A stretch of DNA of 63,742 nt, counting the filler, from Octopus bimaculoides (taxonomy: Eukaryota): the NCBI RefSeq assembly GCF_001194135.2. It is 6 parts of 6 records of this genome, joined end to end, with 100 filler letters (N's around TTAATTAATTAA, not from the genome) between each part and the next. Parts side by side here need not be neighbours in the genome. Positions count along the whole stretch, not along the records: positions 27,338 to 37,580 come from NC_068996.1; positions 37,681 to 41,943 come from NC_068994.1; 4 more parts are not named here. One strand, written 5' to 3'. The translations under genes were made by a program, and so were the position numbers. Of this stretch, positions 27,294 to 39,239 are shown in pieces. Each line of letters begins with the position of its first letter. Position 1 is the stretch's first letter. Under the pieces are notes generated by a model. It ran no database searches. It saw only the letters and a list, made by a program, of their open reading frames with translations, and was not told the origin of the DNA.

Positions 27294-28724
27294 NNNNNNN
27301 NNNNNNNNNNNNNNNNNNNNNNNNNNNNNNNNNNNNNAGTGAGGACGTGATACGGATAGTGTTATTAGACGCTCGGGAAAGGAAGGAGAGAGAGTATAAC
27401 GTTTCGGGCGGAGCCCTTCGTGGGGAAAGACAGAAAGTTCGGAGAATGGAAAAACGGAGGAAGAGGAAAATGGCACCGATGCCCACGAGGTTACATTGTG
27501 AAAGGACCGGAAGAAGAGGTCGTGGGGGAAAAGTTATTTCTAAGACAGGAGAGTGAAAAAGGGAGGTGAATATCTGTACGGGCGCGAGAGTCTGCGAGTG
27601 TGTGTGTGATAACAGAACGTGTGTGTGCGTATGTATGTGTGTGTGTGTGTGTGCATGGCTTGGTGGTTTATCTGTTAGTGTGTATGTGTGTTTGTGTGTG
27701 TGTGTGTGACGTAGTGGAAGGAATTAGTAGCAGGAATAGTTAGTGGGTGCTTATGGACAATGGTTAGTGGAAGGTCAGCAGGCAGTTTTTGAGTATGTGT
27801 GTGTTCGTGTGTGTGTTTGTGTGGGGTTNNNNNNNNNNNNNNNNNNNNNNNNNNNNNNNNNNNNNNNNNNNNNNNNNNNNNNNNNNNNNNNNNNNNNNNN
27901 NNNNNNNNNNNNNNNNNNNNNNNNNNNNNNNNNNNNNNNNNNNNNNNNNNNNNNNNNNNNNNNNNNNNNNNNNNNNNNNNNNNNNNNNNNNNNNNNNNNN
28001 NNNNNNNNNNNNNNNNNNNNNNNNNNNNNNNNNNNNNNNNNNNNNNNNNNNNNNNNNNNNNNNNNNNNNNNNNNNNNNNNNNNNNNNNNNNNNNNNNNNN
28101 NNNNNNNNNNNNNNNNNNNNNNNNNNNNNNNNNNNNNNNNNNNNNNNNNNNNNNNNNNNNNNNNNNNNNNNNNNNNNNNNNNNNNNNNNNNNNNNNNNNN
28201 NNNNNNNNNNNNNNNNNNNNNNNNNNNNNNNNNNNNNNNNNNNNNNNNNNNNNNNNNNNNNNNNNNNNNNNNNNNNNNNNNNNNNNNNNNNNNNNNNNNN
28301 NNNNNNNNNNNNNNNNNNNNNNNNNNNNNNNNNNNNNNNNNNNNNNNNNNNNNNNNNNNNNNNNNNNNNNNNNNNNNNNNNNNNNNTATATATATATATA
28401 TATATATATATGCATATATACATATGACTATATATATGCATGTATATAATGGATAATATGCATGTATTTGTGAATTTAGATATATATATATATATATATA
28501 ATAGGTAAAATACATGAATATATACATATATAATTAACATATGTATTATATGTTATATGTGTAGGCGTGTATGTGTGCTAAGAAGCTTGCTTCCCAAGCA
28601 CATGGCTCCGGGTTCAGTCTCACTGCATGGCACCTTAGGCAAATGTCTTCTACTATAGTCTCGGGCCGACCAAAGCCTTGTGAGTGGATTTAGTAGACGG
28701 AAACTGAAAGAATCCCATCGTATA

Positions 28725-28769
<45 letters not shown>

Positions 28770-29010
28770 CTTTGTGTCTGTTTCCCCCACCCCATCACCA
28801 CATGGCAACCGGTGTTGGTGTCTTTACGTCCCTGTAACTTAGCAGTTCTGCGTAACAGAATGATAGGATAAGTACTAGGCTTTAAAAAATAAGTCCGCGA
28901 TCGATTTGCTTGGCTAAAACCTTTCAGGCAGTACTCTAGCATGGCCGCAGTCAAATGACTGAAACAAGTACAAGAGTATACGTACATATATAATAGGTAT
29001 CATACATGTG

Positions 29011-29083
<73 letters not shown>

Positions 29084-29786
29084 TCGTATGCTTGTATGTG
29101 TGTGTGCGTGCATATATATATATATATATATATATACGTACACGCATGTGTGTTTGTGTGTGCGCGTGCGCGTATATGCATATATATTTATGATGGTGAT
29201 TATGCTGGTCAGTGAAGTCCTGTTATTGAACTGTACTCATTATCGATACTACAATAGCTGAATGGTGTTGATGGTGATGGTGATGGTGATGATGATGATG
29301 AATATGTGGGCTAGGGGGTTGGCGTCTGCAATCAATATTGATGTTGATTGGTGCAGTGATCCTCACAACCGGAACAACCACCCCCGCCGCCGCCAACAGC
29401 AACAATACGAACAACACCTCTACCACCTCCACTGCCGCCATCACCAATAATAAACACTACGACCACAATGATCGTTACTATCATCATCGTCACCCAACAA
29501 CACGTGCTATCCCCACTACGACAATTATTATCATTATTATTATTATTGATATCATGGCGGTGTACTGGAAGAATCGTTACGGCGCCGGATAAAATGTTTA
29601 GCGGCATGTTGTCCGTCTTCACGTTCTAAGTTCAAATTCCGCAAAGATAGACTTTGCCTTTCATCCTTTCGGCATTAATAAAATAAATACCAGTTAAATG
29701 CTGGAGTCGATAATATCGACTTATCCCCTCGGCGCAAATGTCAGGCCTTGAGCCTTTAGTACAAAGGATTATTATCATAATTATTA

Positions 29787-29829
<43 letters not shown>

Positions 29830-30118
29830 GGGCGCATGGCCTAGGGGGTTAGATCGAGATTTCACGATCGGTAGCTCGTGATTTCAATTCCTAGACGGTG
29901 TGAGCAAAACACTTCATCTCACGTTGCTTAGCGATCACCTGACGAGTAGTACACCGTGCACCCGTTCATACAATGTCGATTTGATGGACTGAGTGAACTA
30001 ATTTACAATACATACATTTGAGTAATATAAAGAAATCATTTGTGCAGGTCTTTCGGCAAAAGCTGAAATCACATACATCGTCTTCGACAGAAAAGACCAT
30101 CATTACTATTATTATCAA

Positions 30119-30504
30119 CATGTGTTGACACTCCGTCGCTTACGACGTCGAGGGTTCCAGTTGATCCGATCAACGGAACAGCCTGCTCGTGAAATTAACG
30201 TGCAAGTGTTTGAGCACTCCACAGACACGTGTACCCTTAACGTAGTTCTCGGGGATATTCAGCGTGACACAGTGTGACAAGGCTGACCCTTTGAATTACA
30301 GGCACAACAGAAACAGGAAGTAAGAGTGAGAGAAAGTTGTGGTGGAAGAGTACAGCAGGGTTGGCCACCATCCCCTGCCGGAGCCTCGTGGAGCTTTAGG
30401 TGTTTTTGCTCAATAAACACTCACAATGCCCGGTCTGGGAATCGAAACCACGATCCTATGATCGCGTGTCCGCTGCCCTAACCACTGGGTCATTGCGCTT
30501 CCAC
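30119..30504 (-). mobile_element. Near full-length tRNA-derived SINE family D
   Basis: The minus strand starts gtggaagcgcaatgacccagtggttagggcagcgg (A box)...ggtttcgattcccagacc (B box), followed by a non-tRNA body. Related tails occur at about 24165-24385 and 47570-47760. Confidence 0.85.
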
Positions 30505-31100
30505 TATCAACATTATTATCAGCATTATCATCACCAAATGAAACATTACCGCTGCCATCGCTGCCACCACCACTATCCCTGCTTTTAGTACACTCAGCAA
30601 ATTTGTCAACAATTGTCATTTGTGTCAATATGTCCAATATCGGCAATCTGCCTATCCATCCATTTACCTGTCTATCTATCTATCTATCTCCCTTCTACCT
30701 ACATTCGTGCCTAACCACAAGCTTGCCCTAAGTTTCTTGTTACCTACTCACATACCAACCTATGTACCAATAGCTTTATCAATCTAGCTATCTACCAACT
30801 CATCTTGCTGCCTCCTTACATATAAAGAGACATATATACCTTACTACTTATTTCTTCATCTACCTACATACTTGCACAACTACCTATCTATGTAGCTAGT
30901 TACATACACACCACTCTCCTTTCTACGTACTTACGCACCTATAGGCACACGTACCCACACTATCTTCTTATTTACCTATCTATCCGACTTTGAAGTTACA
31001 TGTTTACCTGTCAAGATACCTATCGACCGATCGACCGACCGACCGACCGACCGACCTACCGACCGACCAACCGACCGACCGACCGACCGACCGACCTACA

Positions 31101-31263
31101 TACAATCTGTTAGTAGAGCTGTAAAAATATGCAAAATTTTTCCCGAGTTCAAAATATGAATTTGTTTTGTTACCTACATTCCGATAACGAAGATTTTTAT
31201 CTTTGTTAGAAAGCAGATCCTTCCTTACTGGAAAACTTCAAATAACTGAAAATAGAAGTGAAT

Positions 31264-31265
<2 letters not shown>
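31101..31265 (+). mobile_element. Extreme 3' end of a restriction-like-endonuclease LINE in a microsatellite (copy 1)
   Basis: IQSVSRAVKICKIFPEFKI* plus 3' UTR, similar to the termini of copies 2-4, followed by (CA)n/(TACA)n. Confidence 0.6.
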
Positions 31266-31304
<39 letters not shown>

Positions 31305-31457
31305 TACATACATACATACATACATACATACATACATGCATGCATATATATATATATTCACGCATACATACACGCATACATAAAGACATATATTCATGCA
31401 TACATACATGCATACATACATACATACATACATACATACATACATACATACATACAT

Positions 31458-31957
31458 ACAAGAAAAGCAAAAACAAAAACAGAAACCTACGGTTGAAGTC
31501 GACTATACTGAGAATGATGGGTCAAAAGAATATTGTCGGAACTTAACAATTAAATCAGCCAGCAAGTTAAAACAACCGGCCAGATATCGTTGTGTGGGAT
31601 CACAAAGAAAAGATATGTTCTGTTGTGGAGATCAGCTGCCCTCAGGATACCATTGTGGTTTTAAAAAATGCAAGAGAAAGAGTACCCAAGAGAATCTTTC
31701 ACTTTCATACCCATTATCATGAGAGCAACAGGATACATACCAACCAATCTGGAGCAAAGTATAGCTGAACTCGGTTCTTGGGAAAAGAACGCAAATCCTT
31801 AATCCGTAAATGATCACGATATCTGGGACTTTAACGATTTGCAAGACCTTAAGATTTAAAGGATGAGGGTTAAACCAAGATTCCTTCCTTCACAACCTTG
31901 CTACCAAGTCGGTTGCCGGTCAAAATTTTCTCTAAATTAAAAAGAGAAAGAGAACAT
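31458..31957 (+). mobile_element. 5'-truncated restriction-like-endonuclease LINE in (TACA)n (copy 2)
   Basis: Across frameshifts it reads NRPDIVVWDHKEKICSVVEISCP...FHFIPII..TGYIP...TISGTLTICKT, a PD-(D/E)xK endonuclease of R4/NeSL type. Flanked by TACA repeats on both sides. Confidence 0.78.
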
Positions 31958-32002
31958 ACATACATACATACATACATACATACAATCATACATACATACA
32001 TA

Positions 32003-32450
32003 ACAGTAAAGAAAAAAGAGAACAACTATGCTGAACTATTGAGAAATCTGCAATTACTCTATCCAGATTACAAGTTTAGGTTTATACCTGTAATTACTGG
32101 GACCCTGGTTTATACCTATAATTATTGGGGGCTGCCTAAATACCAATCTTGAGAAAGTAGGCTTCTCAAAACCAGAAAGGAGAAAGTTAATTCGAAGACG
32201 ACAGATCCAGTCCATCAATGGAACTGTTAAAATCTGTAAAATTTTCCAGAAGTTTATCATTTAAACATATATGAGCATGTCTAGATAGGCAACTATATGC
32301 ATGAGAATACATATATAAAACATACATACATACATACGAAAATACCCTGCTGTTGATGTTGAAATCACAACGAAGGAGCCTTGGATCTAGGTTAGAAACC
32401 AGCTCTTTCTCTATTGGCAAGAAATTTTGAAATAAACTGAATAATGACAT
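32003..32450 (+). mobile_element. 5'-truncated restriction-like-endonuclease LINE in (TACA)n (copy 3)
   Basis: KEKENNYAELLRNLQLLYPDYKFRFIPVI...LEKVGFSKPERRKLIRRRQIQSINGTVKICKIFQKFII*, then a 3' UTR ending in TACA repeats. Confidence 0.82.
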
Positions 32451-32509
32451 ACATACATCCAACCAGCCATACGTACATACATACATACATGCATGCATGC
32501 ATACATACG

Positions 32510-32716
32510 TGTGACAACTTGGAAAGGCTAGCGCTTTCGGAAAACGAAATCAGCCAGCTAATTCGCACATAACAAATACAATCTGTAAGTGGAATAGGAG
32601 ATTCACTCAAAAATGTGACATTGTTTTCGTTATCTACATTCCAAAGCTGGAGCTTTGAATCTTTCTTAGAAACCATCACTTCACAGAAAGACTTCAAATA
32701 ATTAATAAAAGAAAAC
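32510..32716 (+). mobile_element. Extreme 3' end of a restriction-like-endonuclease LINE in (TACA)n (copy 4)
   Basis: LERLALSENEISQLIRT*QIQSVSG aligns to the copy 3 C-terminus. The 3' UTR ends ...aagaaaacatacat. Confidence 0.62.
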
Positions 32717-32990
32717 ATACATAATACTCTCCTACCCACCCACCTACCTACATGCACACATACATCCATACATACATACATACATTCATACATACATGCA
32801 TACATACATACATACATACATACATTCATACATACACACATACAACATGCATACATACTCACCTACCTACTTACCTATCTAATTAGCTTCCATAGTCTCC
32901 CTATTTTCCAACGAGCCTACACAACTGCCTAAATAGCTGTTTTCCCTCCTTAGTTATTCACCTACTAAGTTACCTACCTTCCTACCTACC

Positions 32991-33053
<63 letters not shown>

Positions 33054-33211
33054 GCATGAATATATACGTTTAGACCTATCTAGCTACCTCTTCTGTCTAT
33101 CTACTACTACCAATACTAACAATGAGTCGATTAAGACAACACCAAACATCAACAACAATGCCAGCAACAGCACCACCAAACTTACATGCATAAATAAATA
33201 TCTACCTACAC

Positions 33212-33263
<52 letters not shown>

Positions 33264-34309
33264 GCACACATACACACACCTAGCTACCTAAAGCTTCTAT
33301 CTATCTACTACTACCAATACTAACAATCAGCCTATTAAGACAACAACATCAACAGCCCTAACACCAACAACACCCAACACCAACAACTCCAGCAAAAAGC
33401 CGGAGAATCAATGTAAGGTGTATAAAACTGCGACAGAAATTTGACGCTAGTAGAAGCCGCCATATTATGAAAGCATTCACGGAAGAGTATGGGGTTAGAG
33501 GAGGATAATAGAGCAGGTAGGAGGTTGTGTACTGTGCTGGGTGAGGGTTAGAGGAGAGCAAAGCAGGTAGGGGGCCCTGTACTGTATTGTACTGTATTAT
33601 TGATGTGAGTTTGTTGTTGGTGTTAGAGAGAGAGTTTGGAGTATAAACTGCTAGTATACAGAATGTGTGTGTGTATGTGTGTGCGTGCGCGTGCGCGCGT
33701 GTATGAGAGAGAGAGAGGGAGAGGGAGATGTTATACTACTGACACAAAACATATACACACCTCTATGTGTGTGTGTTTGTATGTATGGAGAGAGAGATGA
33801 AGAGAAAATGTGTGTGAGAGAGACAGATATATATATATATACATATGTGTGTATGTGTGTGTGTTTGTATGGGCGCGCACACACGCTCTCACACACACAC
33901 ACATTACATAAATATACATATATTCTTTTACTTGCTGCAGTCATCTGACTGCGGCCAAGCTGGAGCACCACCTCTAGTCGAATAAGTCGACCCCAGGACT
34001 TATTCTTTGCAAGTCTAGTACTTGTTCTATCGGACTCTTTTGCCGAACCGCAAAGTTTCGGGGACGTATACACACCAAGATCGGTTGTCAAGCGATGGCG
34101 GGGTGGACAAACACAGACACAAGCAACAAACACACACACACACACACACACACACANNNNNNNNNNNNNNNNNNNNNNNNNNNNNNNNNNNNNNNNNNNN
34201 NNNNNNNNNNNNNNNNNNNNNNNNNNNNNNNNNNNNNNNNNNNNNNNNNNNNNNNNNNNNNNNNNNNNNNNNNNNNNNNNNNNNNNNNNNNNNNNNNNNN
34301 NNNNNNCAT

Positions 34310-34700
34310 ATATACGACAGACTTCTTTCAGTTTCCGTCTACCAAATCCACTCACAAGGCTTTGGTCGGCCCTAGGCTATAGTAGGGCGAGCTGGCAGAA
34401 ACGTTAGCACGCCGGGCGAAATGCTTAGTAGTATTTCGTCTGCCGCTACGCTCTGTGTTCAAATTCTGCCGAGGTCGACTTTGCCTTTCATCCTTTCGGG
34501 GTCGATTAAATAAGTACCAGTTACGCACTGGGGTCGATATAATCGACTTAATCCGTTTGTCTGTCCTTGTTTTCCCCTCTGTGTATAGCCCCTTGCGGGC
34601 AGTAAAGAAATATAGTAGAAGACACTTGCCCAAGGTGTCACGCAGTGGGACTGAACCTAGAACCATGTGGTTGGGAAGCAAGCTTCTTACCACACTGCCA
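34310..34700 (-). mobile_element. SINE family A interrupted by a full SINE family B copy (34386-34610, plus strand) with an 8-bp TSD
   Basis: TATAGTAG is duplicated at 34378-34385 and 34611-34618. Removing the insert restores the family A sequence ggctatagtagaagacacttgcc. Confidence 0.9.
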
Positions 34701-35574
34701 CTCCTGTTACTTGTTTCAATCATTAGACTGCGGCCATGCTGGTTTTAACCCTGGTACTTATTCTATCGGCTTTATTGCCGAACCACTAGTGTATGGGGTC
34801 GCCGTCAAGTGGTGTGGTAGGGGACAAACGCACGCGCGCGCACACACACACACACATGTATGTATGTACGTTTCAGTCTACGAAATCTTTGGTCGGCCCG
34901 AGGCTATAGTTGAAGACACTTGCCCGACGTGCCCCGCAGTAGGACTGAACCTGGAAGCATGTGGTTGGAAAGCAAACTTCTAACCTCGCAACCATGCCTC
35001 CATACACATATTGGTATAAGAGTCATATACATAGAAAAAGAAAGGGAAGAAATGAGAGTGAATGAGTGGGTGTATACGTATAGGGAGATAAACAGCGATA
35101 TATAGATGTATACACACTTAGATGTATATATATGTAAGCGGTTATACTTAGGCACACCTTGAAAATCTGAGTCGAATAGATCGCGTCTTGGTACTTACTG
35201 TTTTATTTTCTAAGTCTGGTACTAACACCGAACCGCTATGTTATGGGGTAAAACAAACACAACACCTGTTGTCATGGTGTGTGATGAGTGACAAATACAA
35301 ATATACACGCGCGCGTGCGCAGGGGGTGGTTTCTTTGGTCGGCTCGGGGCTATAGCTGAAGACACTTGCTCAAAATTTTGAGTAGTGGGACTGAACCCAA
35401 AACCGCATGGTTCGGAAGCAAGCATTTCAACCACACAGGCACACGTGCGCTTACACACACACACACACACACAAACGGTTCTAGTGTGCGTCATCTTGTG
35501 CAAGTGTCTTCTACTGCAGTTTCGAACCGAACAAAGCTTTTTGGGTGTATCTGGAGGATTGAAAATGAAAGAAG

Positions 35575-36225
35575 CCCCTCGTGGTAGAACCGTTAGTACG
35601 TCGGACAAAATGCTTAGCGGCATTTGGTCCGCCTTTACGCTCTAAGTTCAAATTCCGCCTAGGTAGACTTTACCTTTTATCCTTTTGGAGGTCGATAAAA
35701 TAAATATTAGTTAAGCTCACTGGGGTCGATGTATTCAACTGGCCCCCCGCTTCCCACAACCTTACTGACCTTGTATTATTATTAATATTAAGGTGGCGAG
35801 CTGGCAGAATCGTTAGTATGCCGGGCGAAATGGTTAGCGGTATTTCATCTGCCACTAAGTTCTGAGTTCAATTTCCGCAGGGGTCGACTTTGCCTTTCAT
35901 CCTCTCGGTTGAGTACTGGCATCGGTGTAATCGAATCATCCTCTTCTTCAAAATGCTGCCCTTGTGATTAAACTTGAAACCATTATTATTATTAATAATA
36001 AGGCGGTGAGCTGGTAAAATCGTTAGCACGCCGCGCAAACTGGTTTGTTGTATTTAGTCCGTCTCTATGTTCTGAGTTCAAATTCCACTGAGGTTGACTT
36101 TGCCTTTCATCCTTTCAGGGTTGATAAATTAAGTACCAGTCAAGTACTGGGGTCGATGTGAACGACTTACCCCCTCCCCGCAAATTTCAGGCCTCGTGTC
36201 TATTATAGAAAGGAATATTATTATC
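35575..36225 (+). mobile_element. Three tandem SINE family B copies separated by (TAT)n tails
   Basis: Repeated ggcgagctggcagaatcgttag...gagttcaaattcc...gactttgcctttcatcctttc...aagtaccagt units. Confidence 0.85.
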
Positions 36226-36369
36226 ATTTCTTTCATTAGTTTCTACCATGTGATCATGCTGGAGCACCACTACTTTTGTACCCTTTCATATCATACTCTT
36301 GAATGTGCTTTTTTTTTTTTTCTCTTGATCGTTGGTTTATTTAGTGCATGAAGGAGCTTGACACAGCTA

Positions 36370-36765
36370 CCCTCGTCAGTATTTTACGCCACGATGTTGG
36401 TTCATCTGGTTTCGTGGATAAGAGGATGCCCAGTTCCTTTTTTATGACATCCATAGCTGTCTACATTTTGTAGGTTTCTTAATTCTTTTGGAAGAACATT
36501 GGAGAGCTGTGGGTCTTTGAAGTCTAATCTGTTGCAGTATCTGGTCCTCACTTTAGATGGAGTGTATGGTACCTTTAGTACTACACAATGACATCTCTTA
36601 CGGGCATTTGTATAACTTTTGGTGCCAAAGTAAGGCACTAGCCCTTCCAGAATTTCCTGCGTGTAAAGTATTACATATCTATCACATCTTCGCTCCAGGG
36701 ATTAAAGTTGTCCCTTTTTCAGCTTCTCCCAGTGATTCATCGGCTGCACTGTGGAGATCATCTTA
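36370..36765 (-). mobile_element. CR1/L2/Jockey-group LINE 3' end
   Basis: HCVVLKVPYTPSKVRTRYCNRLDFKDPQLSNVLPKELRNLQNVD (ORF 36402-36638), followed by aataaa and an A-tract on the minus strand. Confidence 0.75.
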
Positions 36766-36842
36766 ACAAGGTGCGGTTGGATTGCTTCAAGCTATGCTTT
36801 TAACTTGACACTACGCAGTAGCCACAGCTAAGAACGAGAGCC

Positions 36843-36875
<33 letters not shown>

Positions 36876-37337
36876 TTGTCAACCACCACAGCTTGACAAC
36901 CAGCGTTGGTTTGCTTGCTTCCCTGTACTTAACGAATCGGCAAAAGGTTACGGTGGTCTAGGAACTAGATTTAGTTTTTTTAAAAAAATGCATACGAACT
37001 GGAGTCGATTTGTTCCACTACAAACTGTTGAGGTGATGAGCCAGCATGGCCGCACTCCAATGAGTGAAGAAAGTAAAAGACACGTAAAAACAATAAGTAT
37101 CTCTAAAAACAAGCTTTAACACACGCAAATACACGTTCACACTTATATGCGCACGCGCGCACTCACACACACAACGATATATTTTAGCTTATAAGGAGAA
37201 CATAGAAAGGAAGCATGTCTGTACAGGTAAATCTTATCTTTTATCTTTTACTTGTTTCAGTTATTAGACTACGGCCATGCGGGAGCGTCTCTTTGGAGGG
37301 TTTTGATCGAACAAATCGACCCTACTACTCAGACAGA

Positions 37338-37371
<34 letters not shown>

Positions 37372-37509
37372 CATACATGCTTATATACATAAACCACAGG
37401 CATCTTTTTCCCATTCGCTTTCTCTCAATATGTGTGTGTGTGCGCGTGTATGTGTGTGTGTGCACGCGTATGTGCGTGTACATGCATTTCTCTCATTCTC
37501 TCTCTGTCG

Positions 37510-37580
<71 letters not shown>

Positions 37581-37680
37581 NNNNNNNNNNNNNNNNNNNN
37601 NNNNNNNNNNNNNNNNNNNNNNNNTTAATTAATTAANNNNNNNNNNNNNNNNNNNNNNNNNNNNNNNNNNNNNNNNNNNN

Positions 37681-37736
<56 letters not shown>

Positions 37737-38374
37737 GCAAGGCAGCAACTTCAGTAGATGCAATTAAGACAACCTGTTTAACAGCTTGGCTTTGCCTAAA
37801 GAAACAAAACTGAAGGTATGAATGAGGACAGGGCCCCCAACTCTAATTGTGGAGGGTACTTGTGGAAGGAGTAGGACCCAGGAAGACAGGAGATCTTCAG
37901 ACTCTGGGCCTCACTGAGTAGATGACAAGGGACCAGGAGATGTGGCGATTTGCTGTTCGTGATAAGTCACGCCAAGCTAAGTAAAAATCGCTGTCTTCCA
38001 CACATACAAGCTTGTCCCTTCAGTGGTGGGTGCCACATGAAAAGCACCCGTGCCAGTGTTGGGTAAATGTACCCATGCTGATGCTGCATGAATGCACCCG
38101 TGCCACTGGTACGTGAAAAGCACCCAGCACACTCTGATAAGTGGTTGGTGTCAGGAAGGGCATCCAACTGCAGAAACCATGCCCCAACAAACAATTAGAG
38201 TCTGGACAGCTCCCAGCTGGGCGACTCCATTTCAAACCATCCAACCTATGCCAACATGGAAAGCAGATGTTAAACAATGGTGATGATGACGATGATGATG
38301 ATGATTTTTGCTCTGATTTCTAAAGAAAAACCAATCTCTGTTGTGTGGAAATTAATGACACCTATTTTAACAAT

Positions 38375-38630
38375 TGTGGAGGCACATGGTTTAGTGGTTA
38401 GGATGTCAGCATCATGATCGTAAGATTGTGGTTTCAATTCCTGGACCGGGCGACACATGTTCTTGAGCGAGCAAAATACTTCATTTCACGTTGCTCCAAT
38501 CCACTCAGCTGCCAAAAATGAGTAACGCTGCGATGGACTGGCGTCCCGTCCAGCTGGGGAACACATACGCCATTGAAACTGGGAAACCGGGCCCATGAAC
38601 CTGGCTAGGCTTTAAAAGGGCGCATTTATT
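38375..38630 (+). mobile_element. tRNA-derived SINE family C variant
   Basis: ggcacatggtttagtggttagg (A box)...ggtttcaattcc (B box)...ttcttgagc..aaaatacttcatttcacgttgctcc. A reverse copy lies at about 55065-55272. Confidence 0.8.
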
Positions 38631-38846
38631 ATTTATTTATTTTAACAATGAGGGAATTTCTGCTACATGGTTTGCTTGACCTGCTAAAAATAACAACCGA
38701 ATTCTCTTCACTGAAATTACGCCTGAATTCCTTTAAAAGTGGTAGGACACACATTGGATAAAGTAGTTCCTGGTTACCCTATCACTGCAAGGAAAAGACA
38801 GGGTAATCACAATGGAAGCATCTTTGATCAAAGATCTGGAACGACA

Positions 38847-39080
38847 TTAACTGTTTTGTTATTCGCTTCCTGTTGAAATGCATTACCTTCATTTCAATTT
38901 ATTTCAAAAATTACAAAGAATTTATTAAAATAGCCTTGTCAGTTATTAAGCTGGCTTTTTTGGAACATAAATTAACAAGGAATTTTAATGAAAGGTTTTA
39001 ATTTAGATTATTTTAAATTGGGAAGTTTTTTATCATAGAATCAAGGGAGATCTTGTGCAGGTTGATAGCAAAAGGGTTAA
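38847..39080. mobile_element. TTAA-flanked MITE (piggyBac-type)
   Basis: Left end ttaa-ctgttttgttat versus right end gatagcaaaaggg-ttaa, an imperfect TIR with TTAA at both ends. A related reverse copy lies at about 24410-24710. Confidence 0.55.
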
Positions 39081-39176
39081 TAGCAATCATGGACTAGTAA
39101 TATCAACACTTAATTTAGAAAATTAAACGATTATGTTTTGTTTGCTTTTGTTTTCATCACGTTTTGTTGTATTCAC

Positions 39177-39239
39177 TGATTGAGTCTCTCTGGGATCTAT
39201 TGTTTCAGGTAAGAGCAAAACTGATTTGTCTTCATACAC
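39177..39239 (-). CDS. Candidate next exon of the cadherin-domain gene: VYEDKSVLLLPETIDPRETQS
   Basis: Acceptor aatttgtacgcag with an AG-free upstream zone. Only the phase-0 frame is open, and it could supply the G strand. The donor is uncertain (TCA|gtgaat, or AAAC|gtgatg at 39161) and there is no DxNDN motif. Confidence 0.35.

Noticed and set aside
30612-30629. Minus-strand IDTNDN resembling the cadherin DxNDN linker
   Set aside because: Followed by C-stop, with no polypyrimidine acceptor and only a poor donor. Likely chance.
33084-33275. Transmembrane-like ORF VSLVVLLLALLLMFGVVL...RQKR
   Set aside because: Produced by low-complexity GTT/GGT repeats, duplicated nearby, with no valid exon boundaries.
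35575-36225. Repeat-spacer-like array
   Set aside because: Tandem SINE copies in a eukaryotic context, not a CRISPR array; no cas genes.
1-37580. Search for transmembrane or tyrosine-kinase exons of the cadherin gene
   Set aside because: I found no HRDLAARN, DFG, GxGxxG or credible TM exon on the minus strand, so the receptor-kinase identity is unproven.
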